A stretch of 64,000 bases of DNA. Source: Octopus vulgaris. Its lineage: Eukaryota. Positions 1 through 12,850 of this stretch are shown one piece after another. The stretch lies in assembly GCA_951406725.2 (NCBI GenBank), contig OX597818.1, forward strand, positions 89,218,001 to 89,282,000. Direction: 5' to 3'. Positions within the stretch are counted from its first letter, which is position 1. Every line of letters starts with the position of its first letter. Position numbers and translations under genes: made by a program. Under the pieces are notes generated by a model that did no database searches, was not told where the DNA came from, and worked only from the letters and a program-made list of their open reading frames with translations.

Positions 1-338
1 TAGATGAGCGTTTCTAAGTATATGTGTTCGGAACAATTGTATATATTATTAGTTTTCTTTTGCAAAGACATTTTCTATAGTAAATAAGTAATGACTTACA
101 TAAATTTCAATAAATTCATAAAAGATACCCTTTCGCAAATTCCGAAAAATGTTCTATTACGACGTTATTTCATTGCTAATTTTTTTTTTTTTTAATGCAG
201 ATTATTCAAGGGAAGTAATAGATTAAAACTTTTGATATAGTTCTATTATGACGTCATAATCTGTGGAATTTTCTTATCCTCTACTCATATAAATATGGAG
301 CACAATTTTGTTTTCATTTTCATACTTTAATGTTTCAG

Positions 339-413
339 CAGACAGCAGCATCGAGTATATATACGCTATTGTCTATAATCGGTAAAGCATCGAAATGTGT
401 GGCCGACTGTATG
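339..413 (+). other. Candidate 75-nt host exon ([25 protein letters not shown])
   Basis: Pyrimidine-rich acceptor ...tgtttcag and strong donor ATG|GTGAGT; length divisible by 3; only frame 0 is open; non-repetitive sequence; no recognised homology. Confidence 0.4.
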
Positions 414-510
414 GTGAGTAAGCATATACATACGCGCAAAGAATCGTTCATACACATACATACACACACTTATATATACACACACACACACACACATACA
501 CACACGTACC

Positions 511-550
<40 letters not shown>

Positions 551-596
551 TATATATATATATGTATGTATATATCTATGTATGTATATATCTATG

Positions 597-656
<60 letters not shown>

Positions 657-1629
657 CACACACGTACATATGTGTGTGCGTGCATATATGTGTTACCACC
701 TTCTTTACCTTCAACAGGATTTGCTTTTATTGTTTTGTATTTTTTTGTTTTTGTCTTTTTGAGTTTTTTTATTTTACTTTTTGTTCTATTCAGATGTCTG
801 TCCGCTTTCTAGTCCTTCAGGACATTTTCCACCATTGCGTTACTATACATATACTTAGTCTCAAGCTGCCCGGCCTTCATTTTCTTCATATATTGTTCAT
901 TTTATTTGTATATTCTCATTTATTTGTCGCGTTTTTTTTTTTCTCACTGTCCTCAACATTTGCTCGCTTTTCCCAACTTCTTTTCCCTGTTGTCGCCAAC
1001 AAAAAGAAATAATATTATCGCGAAAGGCGTGAAACTATAATGGGTTTTTTGGACGATAACTAACGAAGAAAGAGGATGTTCATGTCAAGTCTGAATTTTC
1101 CGTTCGTTCCTCTGTCGAGCCGCTGTGTAATTTTTGAAACTTATATATGATGGGTTCCCCAGTCCATTTCAACATATGCCATCTAACAACCAATTCAGCT
1201 TATTCAATTTATTCAGTCGGGTATGCCGTTTTAATCCCACATAGAATAATCAAAGGAGTCCGCAGATCGTGTGAAGCTGTGGATTACGAGACAATGTTTC
1301 TACTATGATTGATAGATATAATACTAGTCTTTATGCGGTACGACGATCTTTTCGACCCATCCTACCACTGTCCGATATGGGTAGGATATTGTGCAAAAAT
1401 CTGTGCAGTTGGTGTCACATCAGGTACATGCATAAAGGAGATGTTCTCCTAGGCATGTTGTTCTTGCTCGTTTCCTTCAATTATTATCTCAGCTAAGACT
1501 GCGGAATTGCTGACGTAGATCCAGAGGAAATATATCCCAGCTGTGGATGATACCAAGCAGCCCAAACTGTGAATGTGTTTTGCTCAACACATTGATTGAT
1601 ATATACCCATTAATCCCAAAAAATTACAT

Positions 1630-1660
<31 letters not shown>

Positions 1661-1692
1661 GCAAATAAGTAACAAGGATGTCAAGGTATTCG

Positions 1693-1770
1693 TGCATTAC
1701 GGCCGTTTCAGGGGCTCCGTTTAATCGAAGCATTACATCAATTTGAAATACAACGCTTTCTTCGGATGCA
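1693..1770 (-). ncRNA. Hammerhead-like motif (U4C core, irregular stem II)
   Basis: Minus strand: TGCAT-CCGAAGA-[12-bp hairpin + extra]-GAAAC-GGCC-GTA-ATGCA; helix I 5 bp; palindromic helix III; base of stem II does not pair cleanly. Confidence 0.55.
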
Positions 1771-1837
1771 TAAGACCGTATAATACTGGACAGACTTGGT
1801 GCCTCAACTTAAGCACCTAATTCAACTGATCTTATTT

Positions 1838-1888
<51 letters not shown>

Positions 1889-1951
1889 TAAAGAAAATGG
1901 AGAGTGTAAACACAAAAAAAATCAGTTTATATATAATAGTCAATTTCATGT

Positions 1952-2046
1952 CGCCTACGCACGTTTCAATTCCCGCCTTCATTCATATTTTACAATTAAA
2001 GTTACATTATGAATTTAATTTAAAAGGTAAAAATCTCTTCAGGGCA
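1952..2046 (-). ncRNA. Type I hammerhead ribozyme motif
   Basis: TGCC-CTGAAGA-GATTTTTACCTTT...GAAGGCGGGAATT-GAAAC-GTGC-GTA-GGCG; canonical core; 13-bp stem II with GU pairs and one mismatch. Confidence 0.75.
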
Positions 2047-2460
2047 TAACTGACATATATTCATATATATTCCTTTACATCCTAAAGGATTGAGAGTTTC
2101 TTACATACAGAATAGCTGCACGTGTGCATATGTGTAGGTGACATGAAATTGACTATTACATAAATAAATTGATTTTTCTGTACCCACTCTCACCATTTTT
2201 TTGTATCATATTATTAAAATTCTGATCTCCTATATCGGATAGATGAAAACATCTATAACGGCAACTGGAACGTTACAAGTCTCAAGCACTGATGTCGAAG
2301 AAAAATCATCAGTAAACACCAATACTAACACGAATTATTAAACTCCAGGAAAAATAATCGATATGGAGATGAACCGATGTATGCTTGGATGAAATACATA
2401 CTTGTGAAAGAGCAAACTCTTTCCATTCGAAACATATATATACATACATACATACATACA

Positions 2461-2492
<32 letters not shown>

Positions 2493-2880
2493 AATATATA
2501 TGCATATATATATATATACATATGTGTGTGTGTGTGTGTATAAAATTATAAATAAGGGTACCTAAGAGATACCACCGTGCTTGAAATAGCACTCAAACCT
2601 GACTCTAAAACGACCTCAAATGTCCAATACAGCGCAAGGTGAAAAGACAAAAGTATAAATAAACTAGCAAACCTTGGATTTTCTTCCCGTGCTGGCACTT
2701 AATTTGATCTTTGTTTATAATAACGATCTTATCCTTATTTATATAGAAATACATGAATATATATATATATATATATATAGTAAATCCAAAAAAGAAGAAC
2801 AAATGCTGAAAAACAACAGCAATGCGAGTACGTAGTACATGTAAAGTATTAGCAGACGCTCAGGGAAGGAAAGAAAGATG

Positions 2881-2916
2881 GTTTAACGTTTCGAGCAAAC
2901 GGTCTTCTTCGGAAAC
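2881..2916 (-). ncRNA. Minimal hammerhead motif (U4C core)
   Basis: GTTT-CCGAAGA-A-GACC-GTTT-GCTC-GAAAC-GTT-AAAC; same family as the 45951-45985 copy. Confidence 0.6.
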
Positions 2917-3050
2917 AGTAGAAAGTCCAATAGAAAGGCAGACGGAGGAAGAAAATCGCCAACGATTCACATGTGGTTATACACATGAATTAGACACACA
3001 CGCACACACACACACATACACACACACAGAGACACACATATACATATATA

Positions 3051-3107
<57 letters not shown>

Positions 3108-3180
3108 TAAATATTAGGGAATAAATCCAAACTTACAGGGAAAAATCAGATTTAGGATTGAATCCAATTTTATAGTAAAA

Positions 3181-3250
3181 TATTATATTAAATTAGAGAT
3201 AAAACCACTAATAAACCTAATAGTGGTTTTATCTCTAATTTAATATAATA
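3181..3250. repeat. Perfect 30-bp inverted repeat with 10-nt loop, ending a short element inserted in (TA)n
   Basis: 3181-3210 is the exact reverse complement of 3221-3250; the element's other end (3110-3145) matches 46615-46657 in reverse. Confidence 0.9.
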
Positions 3251-3354
3251 TATATATATATATATATATAGCTGATTCATGTATATCTCCTGTTATTGCT
3301 TTTGTCTAAGAAGTACGGTCACTGGTTAATGTTACCTTGCATAAACAACTAGGA

Positions 3355-3716
3355 GGGAAGCCACCATCTTCCTCACCATCATTACCAGCACCACACCCAC
3401 TACCACCACCACACCCACTACCACCACCACACCCACTACCACCACCACTGCCGCCGCCGCCACCTTCATCGCCACCATCAGGCTTACTACTACCGTCACA
3501 TTATCCCCCTACCCCTACCATCATCATGCCAATTTTCAACATCATTATCGTCGTTGTCATCATTGTTGTCATCATCGGTGTCGTCGTCGTACCACGACTA
3601 TCATCGTCATCATCATTATCATCTTCACCAGCATTACCACAACCTTCACCACCACCACCACCACCATCAACATCATCACCAGCAACATCGCCACCACCGC
3701 CACTAACATTATAACC

Positions 3717-3788
<72 letters not shown>

Positions 3789-3820
3789 GTCATCATCGTC
3801 GTCACCATCACCATCACCAG
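3355..3820. repeat. Compound (CCA)n/(TCA)n trinucleotide repeat
   Basis: Directly visible; explains the Pro/Asp/Met-rich ORFs. Confidence 0.9.
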
Positions 3821-3844
3821 ACAGTGATATATATAATGTATGTA

Positions 3845-3889
<45 letters not shown>

Positions 3890-3957
3890 GTATATATATA
3901 TATAATGTATGTATATATATATATATAATGTATGTATGTATATATATATATATAATG

Positions 3958-4013
<56 letters not shown>

Positions 4014-4019
4014 TATATG

Positions 4020-4050
<31 letters not shown>

Positions 4051-4317
4051 ATGTATGTATATATATATATATAATGTATGTATATATATATATATATATA
4101 ATGTATGTATATATATATATATATATAATGTATGTATATATATATATGTATGTATATATATATATATATATATACAATTATATATGAATTAATATAATTA
4201 TATATGTATACACACACACACTGTGTGTACAAGTATATATTTCTATATGTGTGTGCGTCGTAAGTGTATGTGTATATGTATATTACATATATCTATGAAT
4301 ATATATTTATCATATAT

Positions 4318-4398
<81 letters not shown>

Positions 4399-4617
4399 AA
4401 TGGTATGTACGCCGCTATATATATATATATATGTATGTAAAAAAATACAAACTGGGACAAGAACGCAAAACATTTAGAAGACGATACAAAAACACGGACG
4501 GGACATTCGAAGCCTTCAATCTTCAGTCAAGAACCGGATCATCCTCGCAATTTCATATATATATATATGTTTACATATATTTGTTTTTTCTTGCTTGTTC
4601 ATGTTTGGATTGACTAT

Positions 4618-4684
<67 letters not shown>

Positions 4685-4744
4685 TGGTGGCGAACCCTGC
4701 TGTACTTTTTTGCCACAACATTCACTCTTTCTTCCTGTTTCTGT

Positions 4745-4925
4745 TGTACCTGTATTTCAAAGGCACAACCTTGTCACACACTGTGTCACACTGAATCTCC
4801 CCGATTACGTTAAGGGTACACGTGTCTGTAGAATGCTCAGCCACTTACACATTAATTTAACGAGGAGGTTTTTCCGTTGATCGGATCAACTGGAACCCTC
4901 GTCGTCGTAACCACCGGAGTGCCAC
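4745..4925 (+). mobile_element. SINE body/3' part (third family); inverted copy at 5334-5515
   Basis: Reverse-complement similarity to 5334-5515. Confidence 0.65.
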
Positions 4926-4937
4926 GTGCATATATAT

Positions 4938-5127
4938 TCTTTTATTCTTTTATTTGTTTCAAATCGACTCCAGGACTTATTCTTATTCTTAGTAAGCCTA
5001 GTACTTAACTTATTCTATCGGTCTCTTTTGCTGAAACGCTAGTTTACGGAGACGTGAAAACACCAACATTGGTTCTCAGGCGATGGTGGGGGGACAAACA
5101 CAGATGCGCAAACACACACACACTCAC

Positions 5128-5175
<48 letters not shown>

Positions 5176-5300
5176 GACGGGCTAGTTTCAGTTTCCATCT
5201 GCCAAATGCATTCACAAGGCTTTGGGCTTCCCGAAGAAACACTTGCCCAAGGTGACACGCAGTGGGACTAAACCCGGAAACCATGTGGTTCGTAAGCAAA
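4938..5300 (-). mobile_element. tRNA-derived SINE, family 1 (CCTTGGGCAAGT core, internal microsatellite)
   Basis: Matches the fuller copies at 22301-22710 and 26526-26934. Confidence 0.8.
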
Positions 5301-5570
5301 TCTGTATATATGTAATATGTAATATATATGGGCGTGGCACTTCGGTGCTTACGACAACGTGGGTCCCAGATGATCCGGTCAACGGAACATCCTGCTCGTG
5401 AAATTAACGTGTAAGTGGTTGAGCCCTCCACAGACACATGCGCCCTTAACATAGTTCTTGGGGAGATTGAGCATGACACAGTGTGTGACAAGGTTGGTCC
5501 TTTAAAATATAGGTAGAACAGAAACAGGAAGAAGAGAGAGAGAAAGTTGTGGTAAAAAAGTATAGCAATG

Positions 5571-5611
<41 letters not shown>

Positions 5612-5753
5612 CATTACAGATATAGGGTAAGGAATTATTTATTTAATCAATTATTAATTTAATAATTAATAAGTTTTACCAAGTAGTTTTGGTATGGAAA
5701 AACCATTATCGGTAAAAAATGTTTAAAAAGTGTTTTATATAAATATATATATA

Positions 5754-5788
<35 letters not shown>

Positions 5789-5815
5789 ATGTATGTATGT
5801 ATATGTGTGTGTGTG

Positions 5816-5859
<44 letters not shown>

Positions 5860-5941
5860 CACATACATAGGTACATCTTACTCTCTTTTTATACCATAAT
5901 TTTCAATCTGTAACTTCTTTGACATCCTTTCCCTTTCACTT

Positions 5942-6120
<179 letters not shown>

Positions 6121-6718
6121 TTTCTTTGTTCTAACTATCTATACAACCCATCTCGCATCTTTTCCCTTCCACCTAAGAATTCATATCTTCGTTACAATAC
6201 AAGAAAAGAAGAAACGAAATACCTCAAAGCAATCATTTGTTTCTGACAACACAAGAACGAACTTTGCGTAGTGTCCGCCATTTTTTGGAAATGTGACTGT
6301 CACGGAAGGATTTAACAAAGATATACTGCTTGTTTTGCATAGAAACACACGGGAGCTTTGCGTGTAATATTCTTCAGTTGAACCTCCATACACATGCACA
6401 CGCAATATATATATGTGTGTGTCTGTGTGTGTGTCTGTGTGTGTGTCTGTGTGTGTGCTTGTGTGTATACATATATATGAGTTACTATATATATGTATTA
6501 AATACATATGTGTGTATGTGCGTGTGTATAAATATGTGTATATATATATTATATAATATATATATATTTACAGAAATACGCACATCATTCACACGCGCAC
6601 ACACATGCACATATACATAGATATATAAATTATATATATATACGTATATATAGAGAGAGCCATCTATGTAGTATAAGTAATGTATGTATGTATGTATGTA
6701 TGTATGTATGTATAATAT

Positions 6719-6752
<34 letters not shown>

Positions 6753-6770
6753 GTATATATATACATATAC

Positions 6771-6802
<32 letters not shown>

Positions 6803-6818
6803 TTATACATATACATAT

Positions 6819-6861
<43 letters not shown>

Positions 6862-7308
6862 CAATACAAACACACGCATATATTCGCGCGTATAGGCTTT
6901 CACGCATAGTTATACATTCACGTAGAAATTAACGAATGAATACGTGAATACGGGAACCCTTATTTAGTTGTTTTTGTTATTTTTTTTATTTTCTGTTTTG
7001 ATTTTTCAAGAATACACGCCAAGTTTAATAGAAATGGTGCACTCATTGCCACTGGTGAATTTGAATTTGTATGCAACGCAGTATTTGGTTATTGAAATCT
7101 CTGCTAGCAAACTGATATATTACAGAAATCTTCCATCATTATCTCTGCCAACCGATTAATATGTTAGCAGAAATGGTAGTTATCCTAAGTCAGTAAAGTT
7201 TGAAGGAAGAAAGTTTCTTTTCTTTTTATTGTTTAATCGCTGGTTAATCTGCATTCGTTTATATACGTGCAAAGTAGTAGTAGTAGTAGTAGTCGTTGTT
7301 GTTGTTGT

Positions 7309-7495
7309 AAGGTGGTGAAGTGGCAGAATCGTTAGCACGCCACGCCGGCCAAAATGTTGAGCGGTATTTCGTCTGTTTTTACGGCGGCCTGAGTTCAAAT
7401 TCTACCGAGCTAGACTTTGTGCTTGCATTTTTAAGAGGTCAATCAAATAGTATCTGTTGAGCACTAGGGATCGGTGTAATCGACTTAATCCTTCC
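7309..7495 (+). mobile_element. tRNA-derived SINE, family 2 (degenerate)
   Basis: A/B-box-like head (GGCAGAATCGTTAG...GAGTTCAAATT); homologous to 12635-12850 and the 57303-58083 units. Confidence 0.7.
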
Positions 7496-7559
7496 TTCAA
7501 AATGTAAGGGTTACTATTATTAAGCCGATGAGCTGGCAGAATCGTCAGTAATTTGGCCC

Positions 7560-8900
7560 AATGGCCGAACACCAAGATGCTTGTAACTCTCCGTTCAGTT
7601 CTCTCATGCGCGCATCATCTGCAAGTTGTTCTCTACCGCTGTCTACTTTTCGCCCTCCTCAGTTCAGTAACTGCGCATTTCCCTCGACCAAATTCCATCT
7701 GGATGTCATGTCATAAAATTCTCAATGCCTTAATAAAGGAACCTGCCAGATCTATAAAACTTCAAATCGTCCATAAACAACAGGTGGTTAATTGGTCTTA
7801 GATTTTCCTGCAGCTTGTAGCCAGCTTCCAGTTTCCCCAGAACCATGTAGAGTGGTAACATACTAACAATAAACAGCAGAGGTGGTAGAGAGTCTTCTAG
7901 AACGATTCCCCTCTTGGTGTCGACTTGTCCAATTTCCCTTCCACCTGCTATCAAAACAGTTCCTCATAATGTATGTAGCCTTTCAGTTCATCCGCTAGAC
8001 GTTCAGTTCTTTCTGAATGATCGTTCAATTCCTTTCTCGTTATTCCAGTTAGAAGCCTCCACATCATAGCTAAACAAGCAATCGGACGATAGTTGTTGGT
8101 CACGACACTTTTGGATGCCCCCTTCTGAATCAACACAGTTATTTCTTTGACCATCTGGCACAATCCTTTGGTGTACACAGCCTTCTGGCACAATTCTTTG
8201 GTGTACGTAGCCTTGCAGGAGTTTTAGTAGTTTAGGATGTAAATTCGTCAAAACTTTCAACTAAAAACCTTGAACGAGGTCCGAACCAGCTGTCTTTCAA
8301 TTTTTCACCTAACGAAATCCAACTTCAATATATTCCAACGCGATGTCAATGTCCTGTTTCTCCATGCCTTTGAATTCTTCCACTTCATGGTGCCAGGGTG
8401 CCCAGTTGTTGCGTTTGACGTTTTCTGACCAGATCTTGCGCCAAAACGAAGTTGCTTCTTTTGGATCGAATAACTCTGCATTTTTCTTATCTCTTCCACC
8501 CAGATTCCCGTAGAACAGCTTCTGATTTGTTCTAAACAGTTGATTTTCTTTGAACTGTAGGAATCTTTCTTCGTATCTTTTGATCTTAACCGAAATCGCT
8601 TTGATCTTTTGTTTTAACATATCCGTTATAAACAGAGTGTTCTTATACACAAGGTAGTATTTCTTATTCATGTAATTCTGTTTTTCTTTCATTGAACCTC
8701 ATATTCCTTCTTCTTCGATTTTACTGAAATCCATCCGCCATGTATCAATACTTCCATTCTCTTTTTCCTGAGCGGTTCTTTGTTTCTTTGTACTTTCTTT
8801 TCTTCGAACATTCTCATCTCTGTGAAGACATAAGTAGTGGCATGCATCAAAGAACTTAACTTTGTGATGTCCTTAATTGGGATTCTGATGACAATTTCAT
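7560..8900 (-). pseudogene. Decayed R4/Dong-type non-LTR reverse transcriptase fragment
   Basis: Frameshifted pieces ENQLFRTNQKLFY, NYRPIACL and INHLLFMDDLK (RT catalytic motif typical of R4/Dong). Confidence 0.8.
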
Positions 8901-9329
8901 TCAGTCAACGACCATCCAACTACACCCAGAACCACGCTAATAGATTAGGAGTGAATTTTAAGATTTCTCGGTTTTCTGTGAATCGATTTTGATAAAACTT
9001 TTCCCAGGTGGTTTGCATATTTGGCAACACCATTGTGATGTTTTCATTATTCTGTATAACGTCCTTTCTTCTTTATTTCAGATTCTTCAGTTTTGGGCTG
9101 AACTACGCTAACACCTTTTGAATGAAAATAGCCTATCCACAGATTTTTTTCAGAAAATGAAGGGTTATGATACGTATTAAGCATACATTGAGTATATATT
9201 TAACAGAAAACCATAATAATATTATAACATTTATTGATATAATGAATTATTTAGCCGCATGAGCGCCAAGGAAGAAACGATCCGATTGTGGGACTTCCAA
9301 GATTGTGACAGCTAGGGATTTAAGGAATA

Positions 9330-9605
9330 TTTATTTCTTTATTGCCCACAGGGGGCTAAACATAGAGGTGAAAACAAGAACAAAGGGATCAAGTCGATTA
9401 CATCGACCCCAGTGCGTAACTTGTACTTATTTAATCAACCCCGAAAGGATGAAAGGCAAAGTCAACCTCGGCGGAATTTGAACTCAGAACGTAATGACCT
9501 CAGGCTATAGCAGGAGATACTCGCCCAAGATGCCAAGCAGTGGGACTGAACTCAGAACCGTATGGTTGGGAAACAAGCTTCTTATCACAGAGCCACTCCT
9601 ACGCC
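9330..9605 (-). mobile_element. Chimeric SINE fragments (family 2 body + family 1 head)
   Basis: 9330-9495 matches the 57303 unit; 9500-9605 matches the family 1 head. Confidence 0.7.
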
Positions 9606-9710
9606 TTTTTGTAGAACTTTTACTTCTGGTTTTCCTGGTATTTGACAGTATTGTTTAAGAGTGTTACTTGGTTTTATCCCCAAAACTCCGACGATTACTG
9701 GTGCAACTGT
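9606..9710 (-). pseudogene. RLE C-terminal fragment of an R4-type element
   Basis: Translates VAPVIVGVLGIKPSNTLKQYCQIPGKPEVKVLQK, resembling the P(I/V)(I/V)VGALG...IQK end at 56780-57000. Confidence 0.5.
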
Positions 9711-9740
9711 CGTTCTTAGCAGCAGCAGCAGCAGCAGCAG

Positions 9741-9824
<84 letters not shown>

Positions 9825-10879
9825 TTGTTGTTGTTGTTGTTGTTGTCACCTTATGGTCTGAAAGAAAGATCAGTGCTCTTGACTTTCACAGAACTTCCGA
9901 GATATGAAGAGATTGTTGGTGTAAACATTCTCCTTAAACTGATACAATTCGACATCTGTCAAAATACGAAAAAAACACGCAGGGTTTTAATTTTTATCGT
10001 ACAGATTCCAAAACTTGTGAATTCCGTAGTCCGGAATTTTGATCATGTTACACTGAAATTCTATCTAAATACTCAGACACTTGCTATGCATTTACCAAGT
10101 GCACAGTGAAGCACTTAGGGAATCCGTTCGATAAACTGTCACGTAGAACCGTTTGGGCAAGTTTGAGAAGATTCTACATATACTTTCTGTCAGTTACACA
10201 AGTCTAGCATGCGTCCAGGATGCCTTTCCGATATTCAACTAATGCTAACAAGTGCGTTGCTCCCAGAAAAGTCAGTCCTTACTTGCTTTTAGATGTCCGT
10301 TCAATATTGATGGCGACGTTGTCCTCTAGGAGTCTTATCATACATTTTGTGAGTTGATATATGTAAATACAGTCCGATCCTATAATGGCATGTCCTTGAA
10401 CACAGATTACAAAGAAGTTGTCCATTATGTTGTTGTTGGGTCTGTGATGACGTTGGCGTCGCTTTTCAAGTTTCTCACGTCGAATTAGTTCAAAGTGTGC
10501 AGTTCCTTCGTTGGATTAGTTCAAAGTGTGCAGCTCCTTCATGTGCAGCTCCGGTTGAATGTTGCCGGTGTTCAGGACAAGCTTAAGATGATCCCTGAAC
10601 TTCTTCTTTGACCCCACCCCTCATGTGGGCGAACACCGGTTGATAGCTCTCCGAAGAAGATCATTCTCGAGAGATGATAATCAGGTATCCTGATAACGTA
10701 TCCGACCATCATCCAACGCCGTCTTCTAAGAAGTCAATCCAGCTTATGTCAGAACATGAAAGGCTCCCAACCTCAAGTCTAGAATCTTACGGCTGCCAAT
10801 GTTCTACTTTTGCTGCTAAAATCCATTGATTTAAGTCTGGTGGTGCCTTATGAGTCATCACATTATGGGTCATCACCCA

Positions 10880-11090
10880 TCTAAAGATGCCTCGGCCAGT
10901 AACCACCGTTCGATTGCTTGCTTGCCTTCTAACTGCAATAATGGGAAAGAAATTAAATGACCATCTTAAAAGAAGTGAACTGCTAGCAGATGAGCAGAAA
11001 GGCTGTAGGAAAGGATCACGTGTAACAAAGGATCAATTGCTGTTTGATAAAGTAATTTTGAGGAAGTGACGAAGACGGTTGACAAGCCTA
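10880..11090 (+). pseudogene. R4/Dong-type RT fragment
   Basis: LLTAIMGKKLNDHLKRSELLADEQKGCRKGSRVTKDQLLFDKVIL; EQKGCR..S...DQL motif. Confidence 0.75.
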
Positions 11091-12634
11091 TCATATTGAT
11101 AAGAATTAGCTAAAATTCCTTATAAGATACATGGGTTAGAGGCGTTCTTTTTTACTTTGTATCTTCCTCACTCACAAGTAGACTTCGACCGATCGACACA
11201 CTATTTCTCTCTGTTTTTGTTTTGTGTTTTTTATTTAGAGTGCTAAATGGTGCTCACACACACTTTTCATGCGCTGCGTTTTTCTACCTATGCAGATGTT
11301 TGTGAATGTTCCTATCTATTTCACTTTCTTTCGTATTTCATACAAATCAGTAGGTCACCGTGTTCCCTAGTGAATGATTCAACTGGTTCTCCACAAATAC
11401 AATCACATTCAGAACACTTTCTCCAAGGCCGCACTATCTTAGCCGTTCGTTTTTGAATTGAACGAAATGTTAGGACTCCTTGCGAATGACTTTTGCAAAT
11501 CAGCTATATTTCTCCAAGTCACTAGTCTTTTCGTCGTCGGTGTTATTAGTGGTGTTTTCGTCTTTATTCTTGATATTTCTTTTGCTATTGTTGCTGTTTT
11601 TATTCTTGTGTTTCATTCCTTCATTTGCTGAGATTTTTATTCTTTCTTTTGTGGAGTGGAGACTTGTCATTGTTAAAATCTTTGTTTTCCATCCGCCATT
11701 ATTTTATATTTCGTTCTGATTTTGTTGCTGCCTCTATTGTTGGCATTTTTCTTCACCGATGTTGCTGTTGTTGTTATTGTTATTGTTGTTGTTTTAGTTG
11801 TTGTTTTTGCTGTTGTTGTAACTAATGCTCATGTGGTGGTAATTTTGTCGTCATTGTTATTGCTGTTGTTTCTAGCAGTACCATTTTCCGTTTCAGAGTT
11901 GTATAGAACCATATCATTATTGGTGTTGTCAGAGTTAACAGCTACGTATTTGTTATGATAATTAGTCGCAAAATCTTCGGATACAATCTTTCTTTTTCAC
12001 TTTGGCAAACAAAATTTTTTAAGCAGACGACAACTTCATCGTAACTGCTACCACAACTGCCATGGCAGCCTCTCACCGCTCTCTTCCTCTTCAACGTCAA
12101 ATTTGTTGACATTTCAAATAAAGATATTCGCTTGCTGGTTGCATAAGACGGAGAAAATAACTGTACCTTCCCTAATTAGAGGCGACATTGAGAGTTTTGA
12201 AACATTTTTGAGACTGTCTTCGACAATTAAGATATCTATTTCAATATTCATTGGAGGAATTTGTGCAAACTGGTATAAACTCAAGGAATAACGCGATGAT
12301 GAGAAGTAGTAGGAACAGGAGGAGGAGGAGGAGGATTGTCGCGGTGGTGATGGTGGTGGTGGTGGTGGTGGTGGTGGCATTATCATTGATACCTTTCCGA
12401 TCCCCATCACGTAAATTTCTAAAATAATTTTTAAAAAGTATAATTAATAAAACAAAAGAAAATATCCGATTTAAAAAATAGTAAATCCTCTGTTCTTTTG
12501 TCACAACCACTTTTTAATAAATATCTAACGAAATTGATTTAAAAAAAAAACAATAAAATTTTATCATATATTCGAAGTATTTGATATGAAATATGCATTT
12601 GGTAAATACTAGTTACTATTACATTGATATTTAA

Positions 12635-12850
12635 GGCGGCGAGCTGACAGAATCGTCAGCACGCCGGGCAAAATGCTTAGCAACATTTCGTCAGGCTTTG
12701 CGTTCCGAGTTCAAAGTGCGCCGAGTTTGAGTTTGCCTTTCATCCTTTCGGGGTCGATAAAATAAGTAGCAACTGAGTCCTGGGGACAATGTAATCGACT
12801 TGCACCCTCCCCCCAAAAAAAATTGCTGGCCCAGTGTTAAAATTTGAAAC
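12635..12850 (+). mobile_element. tRNA-derived SINE, family 2 (central GCCTTTCATCCTTTCGGGGTCGATAAA, Meta-domain-like)
   Basis: A/B boxes plus conserved central block shared by several copies in the window. Confidence 0.8.

Noticed and set aside
1050-1600. Decayed Tc1/mariner catalytic region (SHDL..FDYSMW) on the minus strand; also possible RLE remnant at 9950-10450
   Set aside because: Single short frameshifted motifs, no TIRs or further support
5670-5720. Hammerhead-like CCGATAA-TGGT/ACCA-AAAC on the minus strand
   Set aside because: Too many core mismatches to support
11350-12290. Decayed gag/ORF1-like coding sequence on the minus strand
   Set aside because: Only a vague Cys pattern with multiple stops; cannot be supported without a profile search
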